Below, one piece after another: positions 55,361 to 64,000 of a stretch of DNA of 64,000 nt; the first letter of the stretch is position 1, and the number at the start of each line of letters is the position of its first letter. Made by a program: the position numbers and the translations under genes. The notes beneath the pieces are model-generated. The model saw only the letters and a list, made by a program, of their open reading frames with translations. It did no database searches and had not been told where the DNA came from. Origin of the DNA: an uncultured Chitinophagales bacterium (lineage in GTDB: Bacteria; Bacteroidota; Bacteroidia; Chitinophagales; JADIYW01); the NCBI GenBank assembly GCA_964653095.1, contig CAZZEH010000001.1:59833-123832 (forward strand), in the 5' to 3' direction.

Positions 55361-55963
55361 CTATTTAGCCGCAGCAAATCTACGGGCTACTTCATCCCAG
55401 TTTACGATATTCCAGAATGCAGAGATATAATCCGGTCTTCTGTTTTGGTAGTTAAGATAGTAGGCATGCTCCCATACATCCAATCCCAAAATCGGAGTTC
55501 CGGAACAACCCACATTCGGCATAAGAGGATTATCCTGATTGGGAGTAGAACATACTTCAAGCTTACCGTCTTTTACTGCAAGCCAGGCCCAGCCTGAACC
55601 AAATCTGGTAGCAGCAGCTTTGGAAAATGCATCTTTGAAAGATTCAAAAGAGCCAAATGCAGCATTAATCGCGTCCGCAAGTTCACCGGAAGGAGTACCG
55701 CCGCCATTAGGAGACAATACGGTCCAAAATAAGGAGTGATTATAATGTCCGCCGCCATTGTTGCGTACCGCAGGAGTGTCAAAACCTTTTTGTAAGATTT
55801 CTTCTATGCTCAAACCTTCTAAGTCAGTTCCCTGAATAGCTGCATTTAAGTTATTTACATATCCATTGTGGTGCTTACCGTGATGGATTTCCATTGTTTT
55901 GGTGTCAAAGTGAGGTTCTAACGCATCAGGTGCGTAAGGTAAATCAGGTAATTGAAATGCCAT
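55361..55963 (-). CDS. sodA: Fe/Mn superoxide dismutase (Mn-type signature)
   Basis: Motifs are [22 protein letters not shown] and DVWEHAYY. Confidence 0.95.
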   Translation of the reverse strand: MAFQLPDLPYAPDALEPHFDTKTMEIHHGKHHNGYVNNLNAAIQGTDLEGLSIEEILQKGFDTPAVRNNGGGHYNHSLFWTVLSPNGGGTPSGELADAINAAFGSFESFKDAFSKAAATRFGSGWAWLAVKDGKLEVCSTPNQDNPLMPNVGCSGTPILGLDVWEHAYYLNYQNRRPDYISAFWNIVNWDEVARRFAAAK

Positions 55964-56013
55964 TTTGTTATAAATTTTAAATGATTAAATAATTTTGCTA
56001 ATTCTCTAACAGT

Positions 56014-57246
56014 CTATGCTACTTTTAGTTTAGCAGAATCTGATTTTTTTATTCTTTCTTCCGCATAGCTTTTAGTCAGTACAAACTCTTTCACATCATC
56101 CTGCGAAGGGATTTCAAACATTGCTTCGTTGACTATTATCTCAAAAATCGAACGCAGCCCTCTGGCTCCCAATTTATTTTCTACGGCCTGCTCTACGATA
56201 TAATCCAAAGCGTCTTCCTCTACAATGAGTTGTACGCCTTCCATTTCAAAGAGCTTGGCATACTGTTTTATCAATGCATTTTTAGGCTGAGTCAGAATAT
56301 TTCTCAACGCCTTTTTATCCAAAGGCTCCAGATAGGACAGTATAGGAAGTCTTCCCAAAAGCTCCGGTATCAGTCCGAAGGATTTCATATCCGCATGGTT
56401 TACATACCGCAAAAGGTTATCCTCGTCGATACGAACCGCATCATTTGATTTAAAACCTATAGCCTGCCGTTGCATTCTATTCCCGATAATCCGTTCTATC
56501 CCGTCAAAAGCACCGCCACATATAAACAAAATATTTTTGGTATCCACTTTGACCATTTTTTGATCCGGATGCTTACGACCGCCCTGAGGAGGCACAAGTA
56601 CTTCGGTGCCTTCTAACATCTTGAGCAGAGACTGCTGCACACCTTCTCCCGACACATCTCTGGTGAGTGACGGATTATCACTCTTGCGGGAAATCTTATC
56701 GATCTCATCAATATACACTATACCTCTCTCCGCTGCCTGCACATCGTAGTTACAAACCTGCAGCAATCGGGTCAGAATGCTCTCCACATCCTCTCCCACA
56801 TATCCTGCTTCTGTAAAAACTGTCGCATCTACTATTGAAAAAGGTACATTTAAAAGTTTGGCAATTGTTTTGGCTATAAGGGTTTTTCCCGTGCCTGTTC
56901 TGCCGACAAGAATAATATTTGACTTCTCAATTTCAATCTCATCTTCCTCTTTACGGTGGCTCAACCGTTTATAATGATTATAGACCGCAACAGAAATAAC
57001 TTTTTTGGCCTCGTGCTGACCTATCACATAATCATCCAAAAAAGCTTTTATATCCTTGGGTTTCAGTTTATTCTGCTGAAAAGAAAAACTTTTCTGATGC
57101 TGATGCTCCAATTCTTCTTTCACTATTTCCTGAGCCTGAGCGACACAACTTTCACAGATTTGAGCGTCTATTCCTGAAATGAGTAGCACCACTTCATTCC
57201 TAGATTTCCCGCAGAAAGAACATGTCCGTGTATCTTTTTTTGCCAT
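56014..57246 (-). CDS. clpX: ATP-dependent Clp protease ATP-binding subunit ClpX
   Basis: It has the N-terminal zinc finger CSFCGK...CESC, Walker A GRTGTGKT, and Walker [10 protein letters not shown]. Confidence 0.95.
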   Translation of the reverse strand: MAKKDTRTCSFCGKSRNEVVLLISGIDAQICESCVAQAQEIVKEELEHQHQKSFSFQQNKLKPKDIKAFLDDYVIGQHEAKKVISVAVYNHYKRLSHRKEEDEIEIEKSNIILVGRTGTGKTLIAKTIAKLLNVPFSIVDATVFTEAGYVGEDVESILTRLLQVCNYDVQAAERGIVYIDEIDKISRKSDNPSLTRDVSGEGVQQSLLKMLEGTEVLVPPQGGRKHPDQKMVKVDTKNILFICGGAFDGIERIIGNRMQRQAIGFKSNDAVRIDEDNLLRYVNHADMKSFGLIPELLGRLPILSYLEPLDKKALRNILTQPKNALIKQYAKLFEMEGVQLIVEEDALDYIVEQAVENKLGARGLRSIFEIIVNEAMFEIPSQDDVKEFVLTKSYAEERIKKSDSAKLKVA

Positions 57247-57330
57247 AATACAGTAAAATTACATTATAAATAGCCTGCTGCAACTATTACAAATACAGCA
57301 GACAGATATAGAATGTTCAAAAAAAAACGA

Positions 57331-58020
57331 TTATTCCGAATCCTTTTTTGGATTTTTTGTAAGTACTTCATCAATCATTCCGTACTCCTTCGCTTCGTCA
57401 GAGGTCATCCAGTAATCTCTGTCCGAGTCTTTTTCTATTCTATCGAAATCCTGGCCAGAATGCGTGGAAATAATCTCGTACAACTCTTTTTTGAGTTTGA
57501 GCATTTCTTTCAAAGTAATCTCCATATCGGATGCCTGTCCTTGTGCTCCGCCCAAAGGCTGGTGTATCATGACCCGACTGTGTTTTAACGCCGAACGCTT
57601 TCCTTTTTCACCTGCACACAAAAGTACAGCTCCCATGGACGCGGCCATCCCGGTACATATTGTAGCTACATCCGGTCTGATATACTGCATCGTATCATAA
57701 ATTCCCAGTCCGGCATATACTCCTCCACCGGGACTGTTTACGTATATCTGCACATCTCTTGTCGCATCCGTCGAGTCCAGAAAAAGCAATTGAGCCGTAA
57801 TCACATTGGCCACGTAATCATCTATTGCCGTGCCCAAAAAAATAATCCTGTCCATCATCAGTCTGGAAAATACATCCAGCGCAGCCACATTCATTGGTCG
57901 CTCCTCGATAATGTTAGGGGTCAGATTAGTGACAGAATGATTCAAATACTGATCAACTCCCCATGAAGAGAGTCCTCTGTCCTTGACCGCAAATTTTTTA
58001 AATTCTTTCCCGAAATTCAT
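57331..58020 (-). CDS. clpP: ATP-dependent Clp protease proteolytic subunit
   Basis: Motifs are GMAASMG (catalytic Ser), IHQPLGG (His) and RDYWM (Asp). Confidence 0.95.
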   Translation of the reverse strand: MNFGKEFKKFAVKDRGLSSWGVDQYLNHSVTNLTPNIIEERPMNVAALDVFSRLMMDRIIFLGTAIDDYVANVITAQLLFLDSTDATRDVQIYVNSPGGGVYAGLGIYDTMQYIRPDVATICTGMAASMGAVLLCAGEKGKRSALKHSRVMIHQPLGGAQGQASDMEITLKEMLKLKKELYEIISTHSGQDFDRIEKDSDRDYWMTSDEAKEYGMIDEVLTKNPKKDSE

Positions 58021-58029
58021 AGTTATTGT

Positions 58030-59382
58030 TTATGCTTTAAAAAAATCTTCAAAACTAACAGCTTCTTCTTCTATTGTGATTTGCTGTTTGATAAAGCTAA
58101 ACAATTTTTGCTCCATTACTGCATCAAAAGTTTGTTTCATATGGTCTTCTTTTTGAAGCATGTTCATATTTAGTGAATCCAAATCTTCCTCTGTAAAAGT
58201 GTCCGGAGAAAACTGCTGAAATTGTGCACGCAGTGTTTGCTTGGAATATTCACTGATATCTTCAAACTCTGCTTTAATTTCTCCGTCCTTGGTCAACTTG
58301 TTTACAATCAGCGACCATTTCAGATTTTTGGCAAATTCCGGATATTCTTTTTCAATTTCCTCATCACTAATCGGTTTCTCATTGGAAGCTTTAATCCATT
58401 TTCTCAAAAATTCATCCGGCAATTCTATTGGAGTTTCCTCTATTAAAAGAGTATAAATTTTTTCATTCAGCTTGCCGTTCTCACTTTGAGAGACATAATT
58501 GGATAAATCTTTGCGAAGCTTTTCTTTGGCTTCCTCTTCTGATTCTACATTACCCGGTCCAAATACTTTGTCAAAAAATTCCTGATTTAACTCTGCCCGC
58601 TCTCTTCTTGAAATTTTTTCAATAGTCAGTTCAAAAGCTTTTCCCATATCTTCAGGCTCATGCTCCAAATTGAGTATATATTTCACAATTTGCTCACGCT
58701 CTCTGTCAATTGAGTTAAAAAGATTTTTGGCAACTATCGTAGTACCGATTTTGCCTTTCATCAATTGCCCTTTCAGGGTTTTATTGCTGACAGTTTCCAG
58801 ATTTATTGTTCCGCTTGACTCTACTCCTTCTTCTTTTGGCTGCTCCTCATGATCAAGCTCAACAAATTTTACCTGCAAAAGGTCTTTTTCTTCTATTCCT
58901 TCTTCCGGGAAACTCATATTCCCATAGCTGTCCTGAATTCTATTCAATTCATTTTGAAGCAGTTCATCATCAATAATTACTTTCGGAGCTTTGACAACAG
59001 TTTTGGCATTGAGAACAGGGATTTCAAATTTTGGACTGAGTCCTAATTCAAATACAAACTCATAATCTTTTAAGTTTTGAATATCAAAATCCACCTCTGT
59101 CGTCACCGGAATAGGTCTTCCCAAAATCTCCAGCTCATTTTCTTTAATGTATTCGTTGATAGAATCATTGACCAATTTATTCAGTTCATCCACCAGTACA
59201 CTTGTACCATACATTTTTTTGATAAGACTTTCAGGCACTTTCCCCGCTCTAAAGCCTTTCATGGAAACAGTCTTTTTTAACTTGTTTAAAGCCTGCTTGA
59301 CCTTTGGAGAATAATCTTCTGTGGTCAGGCTTACATTTAGAGTTGCATTTAGCGCATCAATGTCATTTTGGGTAATGTTCAC
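58030..59382 (-). CDS. tig: trigger factor
   Basis: The N-terminal ribosome-binding motif is GFRAGKVP. It is 450 aa, acidic, and lies upstream of clpP and clpX. It has a GTG start. Confidence 0.9.
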   Translation of the reverse strand: MNITQNDIDALNATLNVSLTTEDYSPKVKQALNKLKKTVSMKGFRAGKVPESLIKKMYGTSVLVDELNKLVNDSINEYIKENELEILGRPIPVTTEVDFDIQNLKDYEFVFELGLSPKFEIPVLNAKTVVKAPKVIIDDELLQNELNRIQDSYGNMSFPEEGIEEKDLLQVKFVELDHEEQPKEEGVESSGTINLETVSNKTLKGQLMKGKIGTTIVAKNLFNSIDREREQIVKYILNLEHEPEDMGKAFELTIEKISRRERAELNQEFFDKVFGPGNVESEEEAKEKLRKDLSNYVSQSENGKLNEKIYTLLIEETPIELPDEFLRKWIKASNEKPISDEEIEKEYPEFAKNLKWSLIVNKLTKDGEIKAEFEDISEYSKQTLRAQFQQFSPDTFTEEDLDSLNMNMLQKEDHMKQTFDAVMEQKLFSFIKQQITIEEEAVSFEDFFKA

Positions 59383-59400
59383 TATTATGAGTTTTTACAT

Positions 59401-59436
59401 AAAAAAATAAGACTCCTCCTATAATTTGGAGGAGTC
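59401..59436 (-). terminator. rho-independent terminator downstream of tRNA-Leu
   Basis: The minus strand reads GACTCCTCC-AAATTATA-GGAGGAGTC, a perfect 9-bp stem. TTATTTTTTT follows. Confidence 0.8.
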
Positions 59437-59443
59437 TGTCATG

Positions 59444-59525
59444 TGCGGATGAAGGGAATCGAACCCCCACGCCTCGCGGCACTAGATCCTAAGTCTAGCG
59501 TGTCTACCAGTTCCACCACATCCGC
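59444..59525 (-). tRNA. tRNA-Leu (anticodon UAG)
   Basis: The hand-folded cloverleaf has a 7-bp acceptor stem GCGGATG/CATCCGC and an anticodon stem CTAGA/TCTAG with loop CTTAGGA. It has a long variable arm (TGCCGCGAGGCGT), the T-loop TTCGATT, and discriminator A. CCA is not encoded. Confidence 0.9.
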
Positions 59526-59542
59526 TTTTCTAAAAAGCGTTG

Positions 59543-59550
59543 CAAAAATA
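59543..59550 (-). promoter_or_regulatory. candidate -7 promoter box (TATTTTTG) for tRNA-Leu
   Basis: This is an exact TAnnTTTG match on the minus strand, 17 nt upstream of the mature tRNA 5' end. A TTG lies ~20 nt further upstream. Confidence 0.5.
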
Positions 59551-59801
59551 ATCATTCGATTCTATTCTCACAACAAAAAATCAAGAATATGGAAAATATT
59601 CTCACTTATTTATAAAGTATAACCATCCTTTAAGCATTTCATAATAAAAAATGATCAGGCTAACGTATTTTATAAAATTCAAGCCTGCCAAAATACGATG
59701 TCATCTTTCATTATGCATGAGTTTATCCTAAAAGTCAGTTTTAGTCCGTAAATGCTCATTTTTCTTTTGTTTAAAATGTATTTTTGAACAAAACATTTAA
59801 A

Positions 59802-61139
59802 ATGCAACATGAACTGACCGCCATTTCACCTATTGACGGGCGATATGCTTCAAAGACCAGACAGCTTACACCTTATTATTCAGAATTTGCCCTGATTCAA
59901 TACAGAATTCGCATTGAGATAGAATATTTTATAGCATTAAGCGGTCAGGTTCCCCAAGTTCCGCCCTTTAACGAAAATGAGCAAAATTTACTGCGTTCAC
60001 TATACTTAGACTTCAATGAAGAAGATGCACTGAGAGTAAAAGAAATAGAACGCACGACCAATCACGACGTGAAAGCAGTCGAATATTTTATAAAAGAGAA
60101 AATTACGAATCCGGTTTTACATCAATGCATGGAATTTATCCACTTCGGACTGACCTCGCAGGATATCAACAATACGGCCATACCGTTACTGATGAAGGAA
60201 TGTAACTTTGACGTATATCTGCCGGAACTGCATCTCGCAATAAATATGATTAGAGATTTGACGTTAGAGTTTTCTGAGGTCACGATGCTTGCCCGCACGC
60301 ACGGCCAGCCCGCTTCACCAACAAAATTGGGTAAAGAGCTGCACGTTTTCGTCGAGCGTTTAGAACATCAGATTGTATATTTTGCCTCGATACCATATGC
60401 TGCAAAGTTTGGAGGAGCTACAGGAAATTTTAATGCACACCATGTCGCTTATCCAAAAATCGACTGGAAAAATTTTGCCAATACATTTGTCAATAAAACA
60501 TTGGGACTGCAGCGCTCATTGACAACAACCCAAATCGAGCATTACGACCATTTGGCGGCACTGCTGCATAATTACATTCGAATCAATACAATATTAACAG
60601 ACTTGTGCCGAGATATCTGGACTTATATTTCTTTAGGCTATTTCAAGCAAAAAATTATCAAAGGAGAAGTCGGGTCATCTGCTATGCCGCATAAGGTCAA
60701 CCCAATAGATTTTGAAAATGCCGAAGGAAATCTCGGAATTGCAAACGCTCTTTTCAGCCATCTTGCCGAAAAACTTCCGGTGTCGAGACTACAGAGAGAC
60801 CTGACGGACTCTACTGTATTGAGAAATCTCGGAGTTCCTATCGGCCACAGCCTGATTGCTTTCAAATCTATCTGCAAAGGTCTGGGGAAGCTGTCTCTCA
60901 ACAAACACATCATAGAAGAAGATTTAGAAAACAATTGGATAGTCGTCTCGGAAGGTATTCAAACTGTTCTCAGAAGAGAAGGATTTGAAAAACCTTATGA
61001 AGCTTTGAAAGAACTGACGAGGACAAATGAATTTGTCTCACAGAAAAAAATTCACGAGTTTATCGACTCTTTAAATGTACACGATAATATAAAAGCCGAA
61101 TTAAAATTAATTACGCCAAATAATTATACCGGGATATAA
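59802..61139 (+). CDS. purB: adenylosuccinate lyase
   Basis: The N-terminus is LTAISPIDGRY. The fumarate-lyase signature is GSSAMPHKVNP. The ATG at 59802 is preferred over the TTG at 59784. Confidence 0.95.
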   Translation: MQHELTAISPIDGRYASKTRQLTPYYSEFALIQYRIRIEIEYFIALSGQVPQVPPFNENEQNLLRSLYLDFNEEDALRVKEIERTTNHDVKAVEYFIKEKITNPVLHQCMEFIHFGLTSQDINNTAIPLLMKECNFDVYLPELHLAINMIRDLTLEFSEVTMLARTHGQPASPTKLGKELHVFVERLEHQIVYFASIPYAAKFGGATGNFNAHHVAYPKIDWKNFANTFVNKTLGLQRSLTTTQIEHYDHLAALLHNYIRINTILTDLCRDIWTYISLGYFKQKIIKGEVGSSAMPHKVNPIDFENAEGNLGIANALFSHLAEKLPVSRLQRDLTDSTVLRNLGVPIGHSLIAFKSICKGLGKLSLNKHIIEEDLENNWIVVSEGIQTVLRREGFEKPYEALKELTRTNEFVSQKKIHEFIDSLNVHDNIKAELKLITPNNYTGI

Positions 61140-61318
61140 TGGGTAGATTAGTTGAAAACATCGACTATTATATAAACGAAAAAGGGCTGTACGTTTTTAC
61201 AGAAAAATACCTTTTACAAAGAGGATACTGCTGTAAAAACGGATGTAAGCACTGTCCCTACGGATATAAGTCAGAAACAAAGAGCAAAGGAAGTCAAGAG
61301 GAAAAAGATTTCAGATAA
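61139..61318 (+). CDS. small Cys-rich protein (59 aa, DUF5522-like), absent from the ORF track
   Basis: It translates to MGRLVENIDYYINEKGLYVFTEKYLLQRGYCCKNGCKHCPYGYKSETKSKGSQEEKDFR. Its ATG overlaps the purB stop (TAATG). The CCxxGCxxCPY motif is present. Confidence 0.7.
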   Translation: MGRLVENIDYYINEKGLYVFTEKYLLQRGYCCKNGCKHCPYGYKSETKSKGSQEEKDFR

Positions 61319-61348
61319 CCCTGTATTTTAAAGAGAAATTGGTCAAAC

Positions 61349-62713
61349 ATGGATTTAAACCACATATACTCCAGCAAAAGGTCTGAGGAATATTCGCCTC
61401 AAACAGGTGCTGCTGCAAGAAGTGAATTCCAGCGCGACTTTGACAGAATTATTTTCTCCTCCGCCTTCAGAAGGCTGCAAAACAAGACTCAGGTCTTTCC
61501 GCTCCCGGGCAGTGTTTTTGTACACAATCGGCTTACACATTCTTTGGAAGTAGCTTCTGTCGGAAGAACATTGGGATCTTCCGTAGGAGAATATATCGCT
61601 CAGAAATATGCTTCTAAATTAAGTAACGAGAGTAAAGAGTTTTATAAATACAGTCTGTATGATGTAATTTCTTCGGCTTGTCTTTGTCACGACATTGGCA
61701 ATCCGGCATTTGGACATTCAGGAGAAGATGCTATTGCAAGTTTTTTCAAAAAAAATTCGGACACACTAAAACCACTTTTCAACGATAAAGAATGGGCAGA
61801 CTTCATCAACTTTGAAGGAAATGCCAATGCCATCCGTATTTTGACCCAAAATCAACCGGGAAAATCCAAAGGCGGACTTCTGCTTACGTTTGCGACCCTG
61901 GCATCTATTGCAAAATATCCGTGTGAGTCTATTGCGAAAGACAAAAAAATAATCCATCGTAAAAAATTTGGGTTCTTTCAGGCAGAAAAAAACAACTTTA
62001 TCAAAATTGCAAAAAGCACTCACATGTGCAAAGTGTCTGAGGAGCCTGTAATCTATCAGCGCCACCCTTTTGTCTGGTTAGTGGAAGCAGCAGACGATAT
62101 TTGTTACAATATTATGGACTTGGAGGATGCCCACAGGCTCGGTATCATTGACCATAAAAGCTGTTTAGAGGTATTTCAGAATCTTCTTGCCTCTATCGCT
62201 GCAAACGAAAAAGATAAAATTCACGAACGAATTTCGGGTATTTCCAACAAAAACGATAAAATTGCTTACCTGAGAGCCAAAGCCATCCAGCATCTGACTC
62301 AGAAAACAATCGAAACTTTTATTGACTATCAGGAAGATATTCTTAATTGCAGGCACAATAAATCCCTGCTTGATATCGTACAGGAATCCAATCCCACCAT
62401 AAAATTTATTGAAGAATACTCTATCGAAAACATTTATAATCACCGCTCCGTTTTGGAAATTGAAAATGTGGGCTATCATGTCATGTACGAGCTGCTTTCA
62501 CATTTTGTACTGCCGATACTTTCACACAAATCAGAGCGCGACCATATCGAAGAAAGAGCAATCAGGCTGATTCCTTCTCAATTTTTGTATGAAGATGAAA
62601 ATGTATATTTCAGAGTATTGGGAATACTGGACTTTATCTCCGGCATGACAGACAATTTTGCGACAGAACTCTACAAAAAAATTAAAGGTATCAAGATTGG
62701 AATGACAATCTAA
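61349..62713 (+). CDS. dgt: dGTP triphosphohydrolase-like HD-domain protein
   Basis: Motifs are FQRDFDRIIFSSAFRRL..KTQVF, NRLTHSLEV and CLCHDIGNPAFGH. Confidence 0.9.
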   Translation: MDLNHIYSSKRSEEYSPQTGAAARSEFQRDFDRIIFSSAFRRLQNKTQVFPLPGSVFVHNRLTHSLEVASVGRTLGSSVGEYIAQKYASKLSNESKEFYKYSLYDVISSACLCHDIGNPAFGHSGEDAIASFFKKNSDTLKPLFNDKEWADFINFEGNANAIRILTQNQPGKSKGGLLLTFATLASIAKYPCESIAKDKKIIHRKKFGFFQAEKNNFIKIAKSTHMCKVSEEPVIYQRHPFVWLVEAADDICYNIMDLEDAHRLGIIDHKSCLEVFQNLLASIAANEKDKIHERISGISNKNDKIAYLRAKAIQHLTQKTIETFIDYQEDILNCRHNKSLLDIVQESNPTIKFIEEYSIENIYNHRSVLEIENVGYHVMYELLSHFVLPILSHKSERDHIEERAIRLIPSQFLYEDENVYFRVLGILDFISGMTDNFATELYKKIKGIKIGMTI

Positions 62714-62760
62714 CCAGGAATACACTTTTGCGCAATTAACCTTGTCCAATATTTTAAACT

Positions 62761-63909
62761 CTAACTGGTTTTCAGTTTTTCTTTACTTTCCTTTACAATC
62801 TTGTGGTAAAAATTTTCATACACCGGTAAAATATTTGCCAAGTCAAATTTCTTTGCATGTTCTAACGCCTGAGACTTAAACTTTTTAAGAAGTTCTTCAT
62901 TAGTGAGCAGTTTCAAAGCATTTTGCACTAATCCCTCAATATCGCCTACCCGCACTGTAAAGCCGGTTACACCGTCGATATTTACTTCAGGAATACCTCC
63001 CGCATCAGAAGACACAACCGGTACTTCACATGCCATTGCTTCAAGAGCTGCAAGGCCAAAACTTTCACTTTCCGAAGGCATTATAAAAAGGTCGGACACA
63101 GACAGCACCTCTTCCACCGCTTCCTGTTTGCCCAGGAATCTGACATCTTCACTATGTGGACAGGTTCGAGCAAGATTTTCTGCCATCACCCTTTCCGGTC
63201 CGTCCCCTATCATCAGCAGTTTGGAAGGGACTCGTTCTGCCACTCTGCAAAACATCAAAATCACATCCTGTACCCTTTTTACCTCTCTAAAATTGGACAC
63301 ATGGACCAGTATTTTTTCTCCGTTGGGAGCGATTGCTTTTTTGAAATGATCTTTATTGACTTTATTAAATCGGGTAAAATCCACAAAATTGGGAATCACC
63401 TCAATGTCTTTTTCTACATTAAAATGGTCAAAAGTATCTTTCTTTAAACTTTCTGAAACTGCTGTCAAACCATCACTCTGATTCATGGAAAAAGTGACCA
63501 CAGGCTCATAAACCGGGTCTTTCCCTACCAAAGTAATATCCGTGCCATGCAGGGTAGTAACTACCGGAAGATGTATGCCGTGTGTATATAAAATCTGTTT
63601 GGCCATATAAGCAGAAGCCGCATGAGGTATGGCATAGTGTACGTGCAGCAAGTCCAAACGGTCATGCATAGCGACATCTACAATACGACTGGCGAGTGCA
63701 GTACTGTACGGCGCATATTCAAAGAGCGGATACTCTGCCGGACGGACTTCGTGATAAAAAATATTCTGATGATACGACTCAAGTCTTGCGGGTTGGCGAT
63801 AAGTAATAAAATGTACCTGATGACCTTTATGTGCAAGACCTTTGCCCAATTCTGTCGCAATGACGCCGCTTCCTCCAAAGGTAGGATAGCAGACAATACC
63901 AATATTCAT
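62761..63909 (-). CDS. bshA: N-acetyl-alpha-D-glucosaminyl L-malate synthase (bacillithiol biosynthesis GT4 glycosyltransferase)
   Basis: The N-terminus MNIGIVCYPTFGGSGVIATELGKGLAHKGHQVHFITY is characteristic of BshA. The C-terminal GT-B motif is PSESESFGLAALEAMACEVPVV. Confidence 0.85.
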   Translation of the reverse strand: MNIGIVCYPTFGGSGVIATELGKGLAHKGHQVHFITYRQPARLESYHQNIFYHEVRPAEYPLFEYAPYSTALASRIVDVAMHDRLDLLHVHYAIPHAASAYMAKQILYTHGIHLPVVTTLHGTDITLVGKDPVYEPVVTFSMNQSDGLTAVSESLKKDTFDHFNVEKDIEVIPNFVDFTRFNKVNKDHFKKAIAPNGEKILVHVSNFREVKRVQDVILMFCRVAERVPSKLLMIGDGPERVMAENLARTCPHSEDVRFLGKQEAVEEVLSVSDLFIMPSESESFGLAALEAMACEVPVVSSDAGGIPEVNIDGVTGFTVRVGDIEGLVQNALKLLTNEELLKKFKSQALEHAKKFDLANILPVYENFYHKIVKESKEKLKTS

Positions 63910-64000
63910 GTTGCAAAACTAAGGACTTCTGTTAAAAAAGAAGGTGTTGACTACGTTAATTGGTGTTACGATTAAAAATGACAGGGATGAACTTACCTTT

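Noticed and set aside
59784-59801. A TTG start extends purB by 6 codons.
   Set aside because: The ATG at 59802 gives the conserved N-terminus (MQHELTAISPIDGRY), so the upstream TTG is unnecessary.

Overview
The window reads as a Bacteroidota-type chromosome segment. Supporting signs are TAnnTTTG-like -7 boxes, tight gene packing, and bshA, an argF'-type carbamoyltransferase, LptF/G and Lol permeases, and tRNA-Leu followed by tig-clpP-clpX. I can support about 55 protein-coding genes, one tRNA-Leu(UAG), three intrinsic terminators, several promoter or operator candidates, and two repeat arrays. I saw no rRNA, CRISPR array, reverse transcriptase, integrase or transposase. Housekeeping blocks at 1-7.7 kb (galT/galK, MsbA-like exporter, rbfA, Lol permease, EamA transporter) and 31.5-64 kb flank an accessory block at about 7.7-31.4 kb. 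The right-hand block holds Ctp protease, a GMC oxidoreductase plus a BVMO, argF', a GT2/ECF sigma/OMP operon, tgt, lptF/G, comB, mnmA, a sugar transferase, a second MsbA-like exporter, mltF-like, sodA, clpX/clpP/tig, purB, dgt and bshA. The accessory block looks more A+T-rich by eye (not computed) and has the gene content of a defence island. It contains: (i) an orphan ORF and an uncharacterised two-gene cassette (2-TM PH-like membrane protein plus a 163-aa protein); (ii) a tripartite HipB/HipS/HipT-type toxin-antitoxin operon; (iii) a type I R-M operon, hsdM-yhcG(DUF1016)-hsdS-GxxExxY-rhuM-hsdR, with three embedded passenger genes, a decayed fourth passenger, and an HsdS whose two target-recognition halves are an ungapped 183-aa duplication; (iv) a divergent SGNH hydrolase / 571-aa orphan / radical-SAM cluster in which the twitch (half-SPASM) Cys motif lies N-terminal to the CxxxCxxC core; (v) a PIN/RHH toxin-antitoxin pair whose -7 box is bracketed by perfect 13-bp direct repeats; (vi) a lone 1145-aa RecB-like nuclease fused to a Upf1/Dna2-type SF1 helicase, which is Nhi-like. 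The strongest candidates for something undescribed are the orphan-plus-radical-SAM pair, the two-gene cassette next to HipBST, and a hairpin-studded tandem repeat at 2.68-3.17 kb. Other notable items are an unlisted 59-aa Cys-rich ORF coupled to purB and an XRE regulator with no canonical start codon. All family assignments come from motif recognition by eye, and no database search was run.
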